Shown here: piece after piece, positions 8,268 to 16,070 of the stretch | How positions within the stretch are numbered: position 1 is the first letter of the stretch | Layout: every line of letters starts with the position of its first letter | Assembly: GCA_040752415.1 (NCBI GenBank) | Contig: JBFMGU010000222.1 | Location: forward strand, 1-17,322 | Direction: 5' to 3' | Length of the DNA: 17,322 nucleotides | DNA from: Myxococcota bacterium | GTDB taxonomy: Bacteria > Myxococcota > JACRCW01 | Notes under the pieces: model-generated | Seen by the model: the letters and a program-made list of their open reading frames with translations, nothing else | Told to the model about the DNA's origin: nothing | Database searches by the model: none | Translations under genes and position numbers: made by a program

Positions 8268-9367
8268 GCATGCTCTCGCAAGGACTCCTGGTGGCCGCGC
8301 TGGCGTTGGGCGCGCCGCCCGCGTTGGACCCCGAGCAGATGGTGACGGCGGGCGAGACGTACGTGCAGAGCGGGCAGGGTAAGAAGGCCGCGCCGCTCCT
8401 CAAGAAGGCCATCGAGACGGGGAAGCTGACGCCGGAGCAGCACGCGCGCGCGCTGTGCGCCATGGGCATTGCGCGCAGCCAGGTCGACGACCACGACGGG
8501 GCCATCAAGCTCTTCGAGGAGGCCATCAAGGTCCACCCCGATCACGAACGCGCGTACCTGATGCTCGGTATGACCTACGACATCTCCGAGCGGTTCCAGG
8601 AGGCGCGCGCCGCGTACCAGAAGGGCGTCGACCGCTTCCCCAAGTCCGCCGCGCTCTTGCGTGAGCTCGGCGCCACGGAGCTCCTTCTTGGCGACGCGCA
8701 AGGCGCGGTCACGCATCTCGAGAAGGCCGCCGCCAAGGACACCGAGGACCCCGAGCTGCTGCGGGACCTGGGTGAGGCGCTGTTGCGCACCGGCAACGCG
8801 GAGAAGGCCATCAAGATCCTCGAGGACGCGCGCTCGCTGGACCCCGGCAACGCGCACATCGCCGCCACCCTCGGTGACGCACACGCCGCCGCGGGCAACA
8901 GCGCCGACGCCATCAAGGCCTACGACAACGCCGTCTCCCTCGACTCCGCGCACGCACCCGCGTGGTTCCACAAGGGGCTGATGCTCGCCAAGACGGGCGA
9001 CCAGGCCGGTGCGGTGGTGGCATACCGTCAGGCGCTGAAGGTGGATCCCAACAACCTCAAGGCGCGGGCGGCGCTGGGCGTGGCGTTGGGGCGCATCAAG
9101 GGGCAGGAGACGGAAGCGGTCAACGTGCTGCGCCAGGTCACGCAGAAGGATCCCAGCTTTGCGGAGGCGCACGCGCAGCTCGGTCTCCTCCTCGAGAAAC
9201 AGGGGGACCTCGCCGGCGCGGAGCAGTCGTTGCAGGCCGCGGTGTCGCGACGGGAGCAGGACCCCGCGCTGTGGGATGACCTGGCCCGCGTGCAAGGCAA
9301 GCGCGGCAAGAAGAAGGAGGCCACGCAGAGCCAGAAGACGGCCAGCAAGCTCCGGGAGGGCAAATGA
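8264..9367 (+). CDS. Exported tetratricopeptide-repeat protein
   Basis: Hydrophobic N-terminus followed by many tandem 34-aa TPR motifs (e.g. AYLMLGMTY....RFQEARAAYQKGVDRFP); ATGA overlap with gpsA. Confidence 0.88.
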   Translation: MSMLSQGLLVAALALGAPPALDPEQMVTAGETYVQSGQGKKAAPLLKKAIETGKLTPEQHARALCAMGIARSQVDDHDGAIKLFEEAIKVHPDHERAYLMLGMTYDISERFQEARAAYQKGVDRFPKSAALLRELGATELLLGDAQGAVTHLEKAAAKDTEDPELLRDLGEALLRTGNAEKAIKILEDARSLDPGNAHIAATLGDAHAAAGNSADAIKAYDNAVSLDSAHAPAWFHKGLMLAKTGDQAGAVVAYRQALKVDPNNLKARAALGVALGRIKGQETEAVNVLRQVTQKDPSFAEAHAQLGLLLEKQGDLAGAEQSLQAAVSRREQDPALWDDLARVQGKRGKKKEATQSQKTASKLREGK

Positions 9368-10923
9368 CGCTGCTTCACGTCGTGGCAACCAGTGCGCTGT
9401 TGTTGGCGGGGCCCAAGGACGGAGAGCTGCAGGTTGACGCGGTGGTGAACGGGAGCCCGCAGACCACCGGCTGCACCGTGCGCGTGTATCCCGGCGGTGG
9501 ACAATCCAGTGAGAAGGAGGAGGGCGACGCGCCCGTCGTGGAAGGAGAGGCGGGCAAGGCCCTCACCGTTCCCGCGGGCAAGTATGACGTCGCCACCGTG
9601 TGCAACACCGAGCGGCTCACGCTCGCTTCGTTCTCGCCGGGGGTGACGGTGAAGGCGGGAAAGACGCAGAAGGTCCCCGTCAACCTGGAGAGCGGCGGCA
9701 TCATCCTGCACGCCATGCTCAACGGCACCCGCATCAAGAGCGAGGTGGCTGTGCTCTTCCCCGGCACCAACTACGAGGTGGCGCGCGGCCAGGGCAGCAA
9801 CCGCATCGAGCTGGCCACCGGCACCTATGACGTGCGCATGACCGCGGAGGTCGAGGGGGACGTCGCCACCGTGCTGCTCGAGAAGCAGGAGGTGAAGGCG
9901 GGCCGCCCCACGCCGCAGCAGGTGGACATGAGCCCCGGGAAGGTGGAGCTCACCGTGCGTCGCAACGGCAAGGTGGGGGAGGGCGCCGGCGCCATTGCGC
10001 TGCCCGGCCAGGCCCGACGCATCAAGGAGTTCTCCACCGGGGAGCCCGTCTCGCTCGCGCCCGGCAACTACGACGTCATCGGCTCGCTCTCCAGCAGCTT
10101 TGACTTCGCGGAGAAGCGCCAGCGTCGCGTGGTGGTGAAGCCCGGCGTCATCACCAAGGTGGACCTGGACCTGCCGCGCGGCACCATCCGCACCACCTGC
10201 GAGCTCGACGGGAAGGAGACCGTGGCCACGGTGTACGGCTACATGCCCGGCGCGGAGGACTACTTCAACAAGGCGGAGTGCGGTCAGACGCTGGAGCTGG
10301 CGCCCGGGAAGTACCACCTGAAGTTCGAGCTGGATGCCGAGAAGGCCGGCTACAAGGTCCTGGGTGGGAGCAAGGCGCCGGAGATCTGGGTGCGCAACTT
10401 CGTCGTCGACAAGAGCAAGGAGAAGCCGGCCAAGGCGGACTTCACGCCGGCGCGTCTCAAGGTTGCCGCCAAGAAGAACGGCCAGCCCACCGACGCCGCG
10501 GTGACCGTGGTGCAGACCGGCACCGGCACGCTGGGCGGCGGTCCCTCCGGCGAGGTCCTCCCCATCCCGCCCGGTCGCTACGACCTCGAGGTCCTCTTCC
10601 CCGGCAAGCGCGCGCCGTCCAAGGAGACGGTGCGTGGCGTCGAGTGCAGGCCGCACAAGGAGTGCGTGGTCGAGGTCAACCTGGAGCGCGCCACGTTGGT
10701 TCTCGAGGTGTTCCAGGCCGGGAAGCCCGCCTCGCTCGCGGAAGTGGTCCTCTACAAGGGCGGGAGCGAGGTGCCGTACGTGAAGGGGCGCAGCGGCGAG
10801 GAGCTGGAGGTCCCGCCCGGCGACTACATCCCGGAAGTGCGCCTCGGCGACGCCAAGCGCCAGGTCAACAAGATGCGCCTCCGCCCCGGCGACCAGGAAA
10901 CCCGCAAGGTGGAGCTCCCGTGA
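9364..10923 (+). CDS. Exported protein with six tandem beta-sandwich (PEGA/prealbumin-like) repeats
   Basis: Signal peptide, then six motifs ~85 aa apart: VPAGKYDV, LATGTYDV, LAPGNYDV, LAPGKYHL, IPPGRYDL, VPPGDYIP. ATGA overlap with the TPR gene. Confidence 0.8.
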   Translation: MTLLHVVATSALLLAGPKDGELQVDAVVNGSPQTTGCTVRVYPGGGQSSEKEEGDAPVVEGEAGKALTVPAGKYDVATVCNTERLTLASFSPGVTVKAGKTQKVPVNLESGGIILHAMLNGTRIKSEVAVLFPGTNYEVARGQGSNRIELATGTYDVRMTAEVEGDVATVLLEKQEVKAGRPTPQQVDMSPGKVELTVRRNGKVGEGAGAIALPGQARRIKEFSTGEPVSLAPGNYDVIGSLSSSFDFAEKRQRRVVVKPGVITKVDLDLPRGTIRTTCELDGKETVATVYGYMPGAEDYFNKAECGQTLELAPGKYHLKFELDAEKAGYKVLGGSKAPEIWVRNFVVDKSKEKPAKADFTPARLKVAAKKNGQPTDAAVTVVQTGTGTLGGGPSGEVLPIPPGRYDLEVLFPGKRAPSKETVRGVECRPHKECVVEVNLERATLVLEVFQAGKPASLAEVVLYKGGSEVPYVKGRSGEELEVPPGDYIPEVRLGDAKRQVNKMRLRPGDQETRKVELP

Positions 10924-11531
10924 CGACGGCGGGCGTGGTGCTGTGTGGTGGGCACTCGTCGCGGTTCGGGGCTCCCAAGGCGCTTGCTCCGCTCCTCGGG
11001 AAGCCTGCCGCCGCGCACCTGCTCGACGCCATGACCCGCGCCGACCTGCGGCCCGTCGTCGCCGTGACCGGGGAGGGCGGCGCGCCCGCGGAGGCCCTGC
11101 GCGCCCTGGGCTACTCCCTCGTCATCGACGACACCCCGCTCCGTCCCTCCGGTGCCTCCGGTCCCTTGTGCGGCGTGGTGGCCGCGCTGGGTGAGCTCGA
11201 GTGCCCCGTGGTCTTCTGGCCGGTGGATTGTCCCGTGCCGCCACCCGCGCTGCTGGTCGAGCTGGCCGCGGGGAGCGGCGCCGTCTCCGTCGAGGGGAAT
11301 CCGCTGTGCGCGCGCCTGGAGCCGGCCCACCTGCCCGAGGCCCTAGCCATGCTTTCACAGGGACGAACGGGGGTGCGTGATCTGCTCGTGCAACTGGGCG
11401 CGAGCACGTTGGCAAAGGCGCGGGTGAACGCGCATGATCCCCACGCGCTGCACACCTGCTGCTTCAACACGCCGCAGGAGCTTCACGCAGCGGAGGAGCG
11501 CGTGCGGGCCACCCGTGCGCTGGAGCGGTGA
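10920..11531 (+). CDS. mobA: MobA-like molybdenum cofactor guanylyltransferase / NTP transferase
   Basis: GTG 10920 overlaps the upstream stop. GVVLCGGHSSRFG.PKA, GPLCGVVAAL, VDCP, FNTPQEL. Confidence 0.75.
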   Translation: MTTAGVVLCGGHSSRFGAPKALAPLLGKPAAAHLLDAMTRADLRPVVAVTGEGGAPAEALRALGYSLVIDDTPLRPSGASGPLCGVVAALGELECPVVFWPVDCPVPPPALLVELAAGSGAVSVEGNPLCARLEPAHLPEALAMLSQGRTGVRDLLVQLGASTLAKARVNAHDPHALHTCCFNTPQELHAAEERVRATRALER

Positions 11532-12295
11532 TGCGGCTGAACTCGTTTGGCCTCAGTGACCTCGGCAACAAGCGCCGCAACAACGAGGACCGCTTCCTGC
11601 GGGATGACCGGCGGGGCGTGTACATCGTCTGCGACGGGATGGGCGGGGCCGCGGCGGGGGAGGTGGCGTCGGGAAACAGCGCGGCGCTGGTCTACTCCGA
11701 GCTCATCCGCCAGCAGGAGGTGCTGGACGCGTTCCATGCCGGCGTCGAGGACAGCGTGCTGCAGCTGACCGTCACGCTGGAGACCGCGGTGCGCGCCGCC
11801 AACCGGGAGATCTGGGACAAGGGCCGCGCGGATCCCGACCGCAAGGGCATGGGCTCCACCCTCAGCGCGCTCTGCCTGGGGAAGGACACCGCGGTGGTGG
11901 CCCACGTCGGGGACAGTCGCGTCTACCAGCTCCACGCCGGTGAGGTGGCCGTTCTCACCGACGACCACACCTGGGTGGCCGACCAGGTCCGCAAGGGCCG
12001 GATGACGCCGGAAGAGGCCAAGACCAGCAAGAAGCAGAACCTGATCCTGCGCGCGCTGGGGACCAGCAAGGACGTGCAGGTGGACACTCGCGTGGTGCCC
12101 GTCTTCGAGGGAGACCGCTTCCTGCTCTGCTCCGATGGTCTGCACGGCTACTTCACCAGCGACGACGAGGCCCGCACCCTGCTCGGCAAGGGCAACAACC
12201 TGCAGCGCCTGGGCTGGGAGTGCATTGCGCTGGCGCGGGAGCGTGGCGGGAAGGACAACATCACCGCTGTCCTCGTCGAGGCGTTGGCCGGTTGA
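11531..12295 (+). CDS. PP2C/PPM-family Ser/Thr phosphatase (Stp1/PrpC-like)
   Basis: GNKRRNNED, VCDGMGG, GMGST, AHVGDSRVY, LTDDHT, LLCSDGL, GGKDNIT. Start is ATG 11531 or GTG 11528. Confidence 0.95.
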   Translation: MRLNSFGLSDLGNKRRNNEDRFLRDDRRGVYIVCDGMGGAAAGEVASGNSAALVYSELIRQQEVLDAFHAGVEDSVLQLTVTLETAVRAANREIWDKGRADPDRKGMGSTLSALCLGKDTAVVAHVGDSRVYQLHAGEVAVLTDDHTWVADQVRKGRMTPEEAKTSKKQNLILRALGTSKDVQVDTRVVPVFEGDRFLLCSDGLHGYFTSDDEARTLLGKGNNLQRLGWECIALARERGGKDNITAVLVEALAG

Positions 12296-12316
12296 GGCCA
12301 GGGCCCAGGAGCCTCC

Positions 12317-12394
12317 TCAGCGCAGCGCCAGCCACAGCGTCGCCGCCACGGCGGCCAGCGCCATCCACCACTCCCGCGTGCCCCATGCGCCCAT
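12317..12394 (-). CDS. Putative 25-aa single-TM peptide MGAWGTREWWMALAAVAATLWLALR
   Basis: GGGAG 8 nt upstream of the ATG, G/C at almost every third codon position, one hydrophobic helix; it sits in an otherwise empty gap. Confidence 0.5.
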   Translation of the reverse strand: MGAWGTREWWMALAAVAATLWLALR

Positions 12395-12449
12395 CGGTCG
12401 ATCTCCCATCGGAGGATGCTGTCCCACCCCTGGTGGGGCCGCCAAGGCG

Positions 12450-12458
12450 TGCTAGGGT
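12450..12458 (+). promoter_or_regulatory. Candidate extended -10 element (TGcTAGGGT) for the 12518 gene
   Basis: TGn plus a TAnnnT hexamer ~60 bp upstream of ATG 12518. Confidence 0.3.
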
Positions 12459-12517
12459 TCGGCGGACGTGCTTGGCGGAGGCGCTCCCTTGGTGATGCCC
12501 TCTGCAGAGGAGCTGGG

Positions 12518-13426
12518 ATGAGCATCCAGGGAGGCGGCAAGGTTCCACCCGGAAGTGCAGGCAGGACCCACGGCGCGGATCGGCCACGTCGGGCCGCGGA
12601 GAAACGCCAGGCCCGCGAGGCCGGTGAGGCGCAAGAGGCCAAGGCTCCCAAGCGTGCCACCAACAAGGACGTCTTCGAAACCTCCACCCGCGCGCCCATT
12701 GCCACGCCGGGCACCGGCACCGCGCTGCCGCCGGGCATGATGAACACGCTCCCGCCCGGCACGCGGCTGGAGGACCTGGTGGGCACGCCCAGCCAGATCA
12801 AGCAGATGGCGGAGGCCATTTCCGCCCACGCCAAGCGCCTCTCCGGGGAGTTCGACGGCCTGCGCACCGACGCGCAGCAGGTGGTCAACAAGCTGGCCGC
12901 GCAGGGCTTCTCCGCCGACGCCGTGGCCGACAGCCGCGCCGAGCTGGGCGCGCTGCGCAAGCAGATGGCCCACCTGCGCGGGAAGATCGCCGCCGACGGA
13001 CGCCGCCTCAAGCTTCTCAAGGCCGCCGCCCACAAGCTCGGTGACGCCAAGCTCAGCGAGAAGCTCTCCGGCCAGCTCAAGAAGATCTCCGACATGGAGC
13101 GCGGCTGGGGTCGGGCGTTCCTGGCGTTGGGCATTGCCGGCACCCTCACCGCCCAGTCCGACGAGGCGCGCGCCGCCACCCGCGTCAACCTGGGCGCGGG
13201 CGCGCAGCAGGGCGTGGACCGTCACGCGCTGGGCACCTATCTCGCGCAGCTGGCGCCGGGCACCGCGGCCAGCCAGCTCCTGGTCTCCCTCCTCGAGGAA
13301 GGGCCGCTGGCCCCCAACTCCCGCCTCATTGCGGAGGCGTACGCGGAGCTGCACGCGGATGTGCTGGCGGGCCGTTTCGGCAAGTCCCTCCAGAGCCTTG
13401 GCGTGTGGCGCCAGGCCATGGGCTGA
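12518..13426 (+). CDS. Hypothetical helical protein (302 aa): disordered N-terminus and central helical hairpin
   Basis: GAGGAG RBS before ATG 12518; coding-like codon usage; amphipathic heptad pattern at ~12785-13100. Confidence 0.75.
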   Translation: MSIQGGGKVPPGSAGRTHGADRPRRAAEKRQAREAGEAQEAKAPKRATNKDVFETSTRAPIATPGTGTALPPGMMNTLPPGTRLEDLVGTPSQIKQMAEAISAHAKRLSGEFDGLRTDAQQVVNKLAAQGFSADAVADSRAELGALRKQMAHLRGKIAADGRRLKLLKAAAHKLGDAKLSEKLSGQLKKISDMERGWGRAFLALGIAGTLTAQSDEARAATRVNLGAGAQQGVDRHALGTYLAQLAPGTAASQLLVSLLEEGPLAPNSRLIAEAYAELHADVLAGRFGKSLQSLGVWRQAMG

Positions 13427-13497
13427 AGCGTTCCGGTTGGCATCCCGGTCCCGCGCCCCTTCCCTGACGGCGCGCGCGGACCCACGCCAGGCGTCCC

Positions 13498-14700
13498 ATG
13501 AGCAACCTGCTGCTCTCCGACGACGAGATTGCGCTGCTGCGCTGGACCTGCGAGCTCTTCTTCGTGCCGGAGAGCCCCGTCCATTTCATCGACGCGGAAG
13601 CGCGTGAGCCGCGGGACTTTGCCCAGACCTACCATGAGCTGCTGCAGAAGGGCGTCCTCGACGAGGCCAGCTTCCGCCTCACCGACGCCGCGCTCAACCG
13701 CCTGGCCCCGCTCACGGAATGCGACGCGCGCGTGCTGCTCCTCCTCCCCGGAGACCGCGACCGCCTCAAGGCGCGTGACTACTACCTGCTCGACGAGATC
13801 GCGGTGGAGTACGAGGAGCTGGACCAGGTGCACAGCGTGGGGTCGGACCTGGACCAGGGGGAGCTGGTCACCACGTTGGCGCGCCGCTTCATGCCCCGTC
13901 GCGCCGCGGGCGACTACCTGAACCTCAAGCTTTCCCCGTCGGAGTTCATGATGATGGCGGTGTTGTGCCATCGCGTGCGCAAGGGGCAGGGCCCGGTGGC
14001 GGTGGACGCGTTGGTGGCGGAGCTTCGTCCCGCGTTGTCGGAGGGGCGTACCGACGGGCTGGCCGGGGTGAAGAAACAGGCGCGGGAGCCGCTGCGCACC
14101 CCGGAGGTCCGACACCGCGCCGCCGCGCTGCTCTCGGTGGCCGCGCATGAGCCTTCCCCCGCCAAGGACGCCACCGCGCGCAGCCAGCACCCCGTGGCGG
14201 CGTCGGAGGCGGAGGCCACGCTGGTGGCGCGTCGACAGGGATCCCACCCGCTCTCCCCGCCGGAGGACGAGGTCACGGCGCTGGACGCCCCACCGCCCAA
14301 GAAATCCTCGACGCTGCGTAAGGTCGGCGACGTCACGGACCTGGCGGAGGGCGCGCTCAAGGGCCTGCTGGACAAAGGCGTGGCGCTGCGCACGGACCGG
14401 GGCGTGGAGCTGCGTCCCGCCGTGGCGGCCTTTGCCCAGGGCGTCAGCGAGCGGAGCCGCCACACCTTCGTCCGCTTTGACTACGGCGACGACGAGTGGC
14501 TGGTGCGCGAGACCAGCTTCCTCGCCGTGGAGGGCAGCCTGTTCGTGGTGGCCGCGGAGGACGGCGGCGGGCTGACGGTGATGGAGCTGGACGGGCGTCG
14601 GCTGGAGACGTGGCTGAACCGCGCCGTGGGGCCATTGCCGGAGGGCAAGGACGACAATGCGCCCGGCCGGTCGGCCAAGGACTTCCTGCTTCGGGCATGA
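13498..14700 (+). CDS. Hypothetical cytoplasmic protein (400 aa) with internal duplication, possibly EspG-like
   Basis: Strong coding signal. Two related segments (YHELLQKGVL..ASFRLTDAALNRL and LKGLLDKGVA...GVELRPAVAAFA) are separated by a low-complexity insert. The fold call is by eye only. Confidence 0.75.
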   Translation: MSNLLLSDDEIALLRWTCELFFVPESPVHFIDAEAREPRDFAQTYHELLQKGVLDEASFRLTDAALNRLAPLTECDARVLLLLPGDRDRLKARDYYLLDEIAVEYEELDQVHSVGSDLDQGELVTTLARRFMPRRAAGDYLNLKLSPSEFMMMAVLCHRVRKGQGPVAVDALVAELRPALSEGRTDGLAGVKKQAREPLRTPEVRHRAAALLSVAAHEPSPAKDATARSQHPVAASEAEATLVARRQGSHPLSPPEDEVTALDAPPPKKSSTLRKVGDVTDLAEGALKGLLDKGVALRTDRGVELRPAVAAFAQGVSERSRHTFVRFDYGDDEWLVRETSFLAVEGSLFVVAAEDGGGLTVMELDGRRLETWLNRAVGPLPEGKDDNAPGRSAKDFLLRA

Positions 14701-14743
14701 GGCGGGCACCGCACCTGCGCGGGGATGCGATAGACTGAGGGCC

Positions 14744-15967
14744 ATGACTGTCCCCCAGCGCTCCCCAGGCTCCCTGGCGTTCTCCGTGGTGTTCGCCGTT
14801 GCGTGCGGCGCGGCCCTGTCCCACTGCGGCCGGGTCTCGTACATCGAGGACGGCATGGAGGGTGACGCGGGCCAGCCCGTGGTCAGCAGCAGCAGCCGCG
14901 GCGGCGGCAGCACTTCCTCCAGCGGCGGGACCAGCACGTCACAGGGCGGGAACTCGTCGAGCGCGGCGGTGTCGTCGTCGAGCAGCGGCGGGGGCAGCAA
15001 CAGCAGCAACGGCGGCGCCGGATGTCCCGGCCAGCCCCAGCGCCCCGACGCCGGCCCGCCGCCGGAGTACGATCTCGTCGCCGAGGACTTCACCGCGGAG
15101 TTCGACACGGCGTGGACAGGGGGCAACCCGTCCAACTGCGCCGGTTGTCACGCTGGTGTTGGAACCTCCTACGACTTCAGCCCGGTCTTCCCCACCGACC
15201 GCACCACCGACCCGGCGCGCGCGGTGAATTCGTTCCGCACCTACTGCACGCCGTGGGACGGCACCGTGCCCTCGCCTGTGCAGCCTGACGGTGGCCTGCA
15301 CAAGGCGCGGATCATCTGCCCGCTGCTGCCCCTCGAGGCGGGCAGCGATGATCTGTGCAGCCACGGCGCCGGATTCCCGGTCAACAACCAGACCCTGGAC
15401 GACGTGCGGAACCTGGCGCTCCCGTGCATCAACGCCGCGGACCGCTACTGGACCGCCTACGGCGCCTGGCAGCAGCGCGTGGCCGAGGCGCAGGCCTTTG
15501 ACGCCGGCCCCTGCATCCTGCCGGACGCGGGCGGCGGTGCCTCGTCCTCCTCCGGCGGCGGTGTTTCATCCAGCGGCGGCGGGGGCAGCACCTCTTCCTC
15601 CGGCGGCGGCGCCCTCCCGGACTGCCCCGGACCCGACACCTACGCGGCCTACAACCCGGTCTGGGACGTCTTTGGCCCCCCAGGTGAGATCTGCCTGGGC
15701 TGCCACACGCCAGGCGGACACGGGCCCGTGGACTGCTTCCTGGGGTCCAGTCGCAATGAGGCCCACGCCACCATGTGCGGCTACCGCTACCAGGACGACC
15801 GGACCAGCGTGGGCCCCTACGAGAGCAGCATGTTCTACCGGGCCATGTACGAGGACGCCCGCTACAACTGCCCCTCCGCCGACACGCCCCACTCCGGCTT
15901 CTACGAGAGCGACCCCAACTTCGACGCCGTGGTCCGTGCCTGGTACGCCGCCGCCACCGGCCAATAG
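14744..15967 (+). CDS. Cys-rich exported (lipo)protein with two CxxCH motifs; putative di-haem c-type cytochrome
   Basis: Signal ending ...AALSH-C; CAGCH at 15137-15151 and CLGCH at 15692-15706; each domain is preceded by a Ser/Gly linker. Confidence 0.75.
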   Translation: MTVPQRSPGSLAFSVVFAVACGAALSHCGRVSYIEDGMEGDAGQPVVSSSSRGGGSTSSSGGTSTSQGGNSSSAAVSSSSSGGGSNSSNGGAGCPGQPQRPDAGPPPEYDLVAEDFTAEFDTAWTGGNPSNCAGCHAGVGTSYDFSPVFPTDRTTDPARAVNSFRTYCTPWDGTVPSPVQPDGGLHKARIICPLLPLEAGSDDLCSHGAGFPVNNQTLDDVRNLALPCINAADRYWTAYGAWQQRVAEAQAFDAGPCILPDAGGGASSSSGGGVSSSGGGGSTSSSGGGALPDCPGPDTYAAYNPVWDVFGPPGEICLGCHTPGGHGPVDCFLGSSRNEAHATMCGYRYQDDRTSVGPYESSMFYRAMYEDARYNCPSADTPHSGFYESDPNFDAVVRAWYAAATGQ

Positions 15968-16015
15968 GAGATCTCCGCCTCCGTCGTTTTTCTGATGTAC
16001 GACAGGGTGGGATAT

Positions 16016-16023
16016 GCCGATAA
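16016..16023 (+). promoter_or_regulatory. Sigma28 (FliA/WhiG)-type -10 element GCCGATAA
   Basis: Perfect 8-mer in the intergenic region, 47 bp before ATG 16071; no canonical TAAA -35. Confidence 0.4.
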
Positions 16024-16070
16024 TGCCCTCTTGGACCATCCCCTGCCCGGGGGTGGCCGCGGGAGATGGC

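Noticed and set aside
10278..10919. Long N-terminal extension of the MobA ORF
   Set aside because: It overlaps the beta-repeat gene; MobA motifs begin right after GTG 10920.
15967..15991. GGAGATCTCC palindrome plus T-run as a terminator
   Set aside because: The stem is weak and not adjacent to the T-run.
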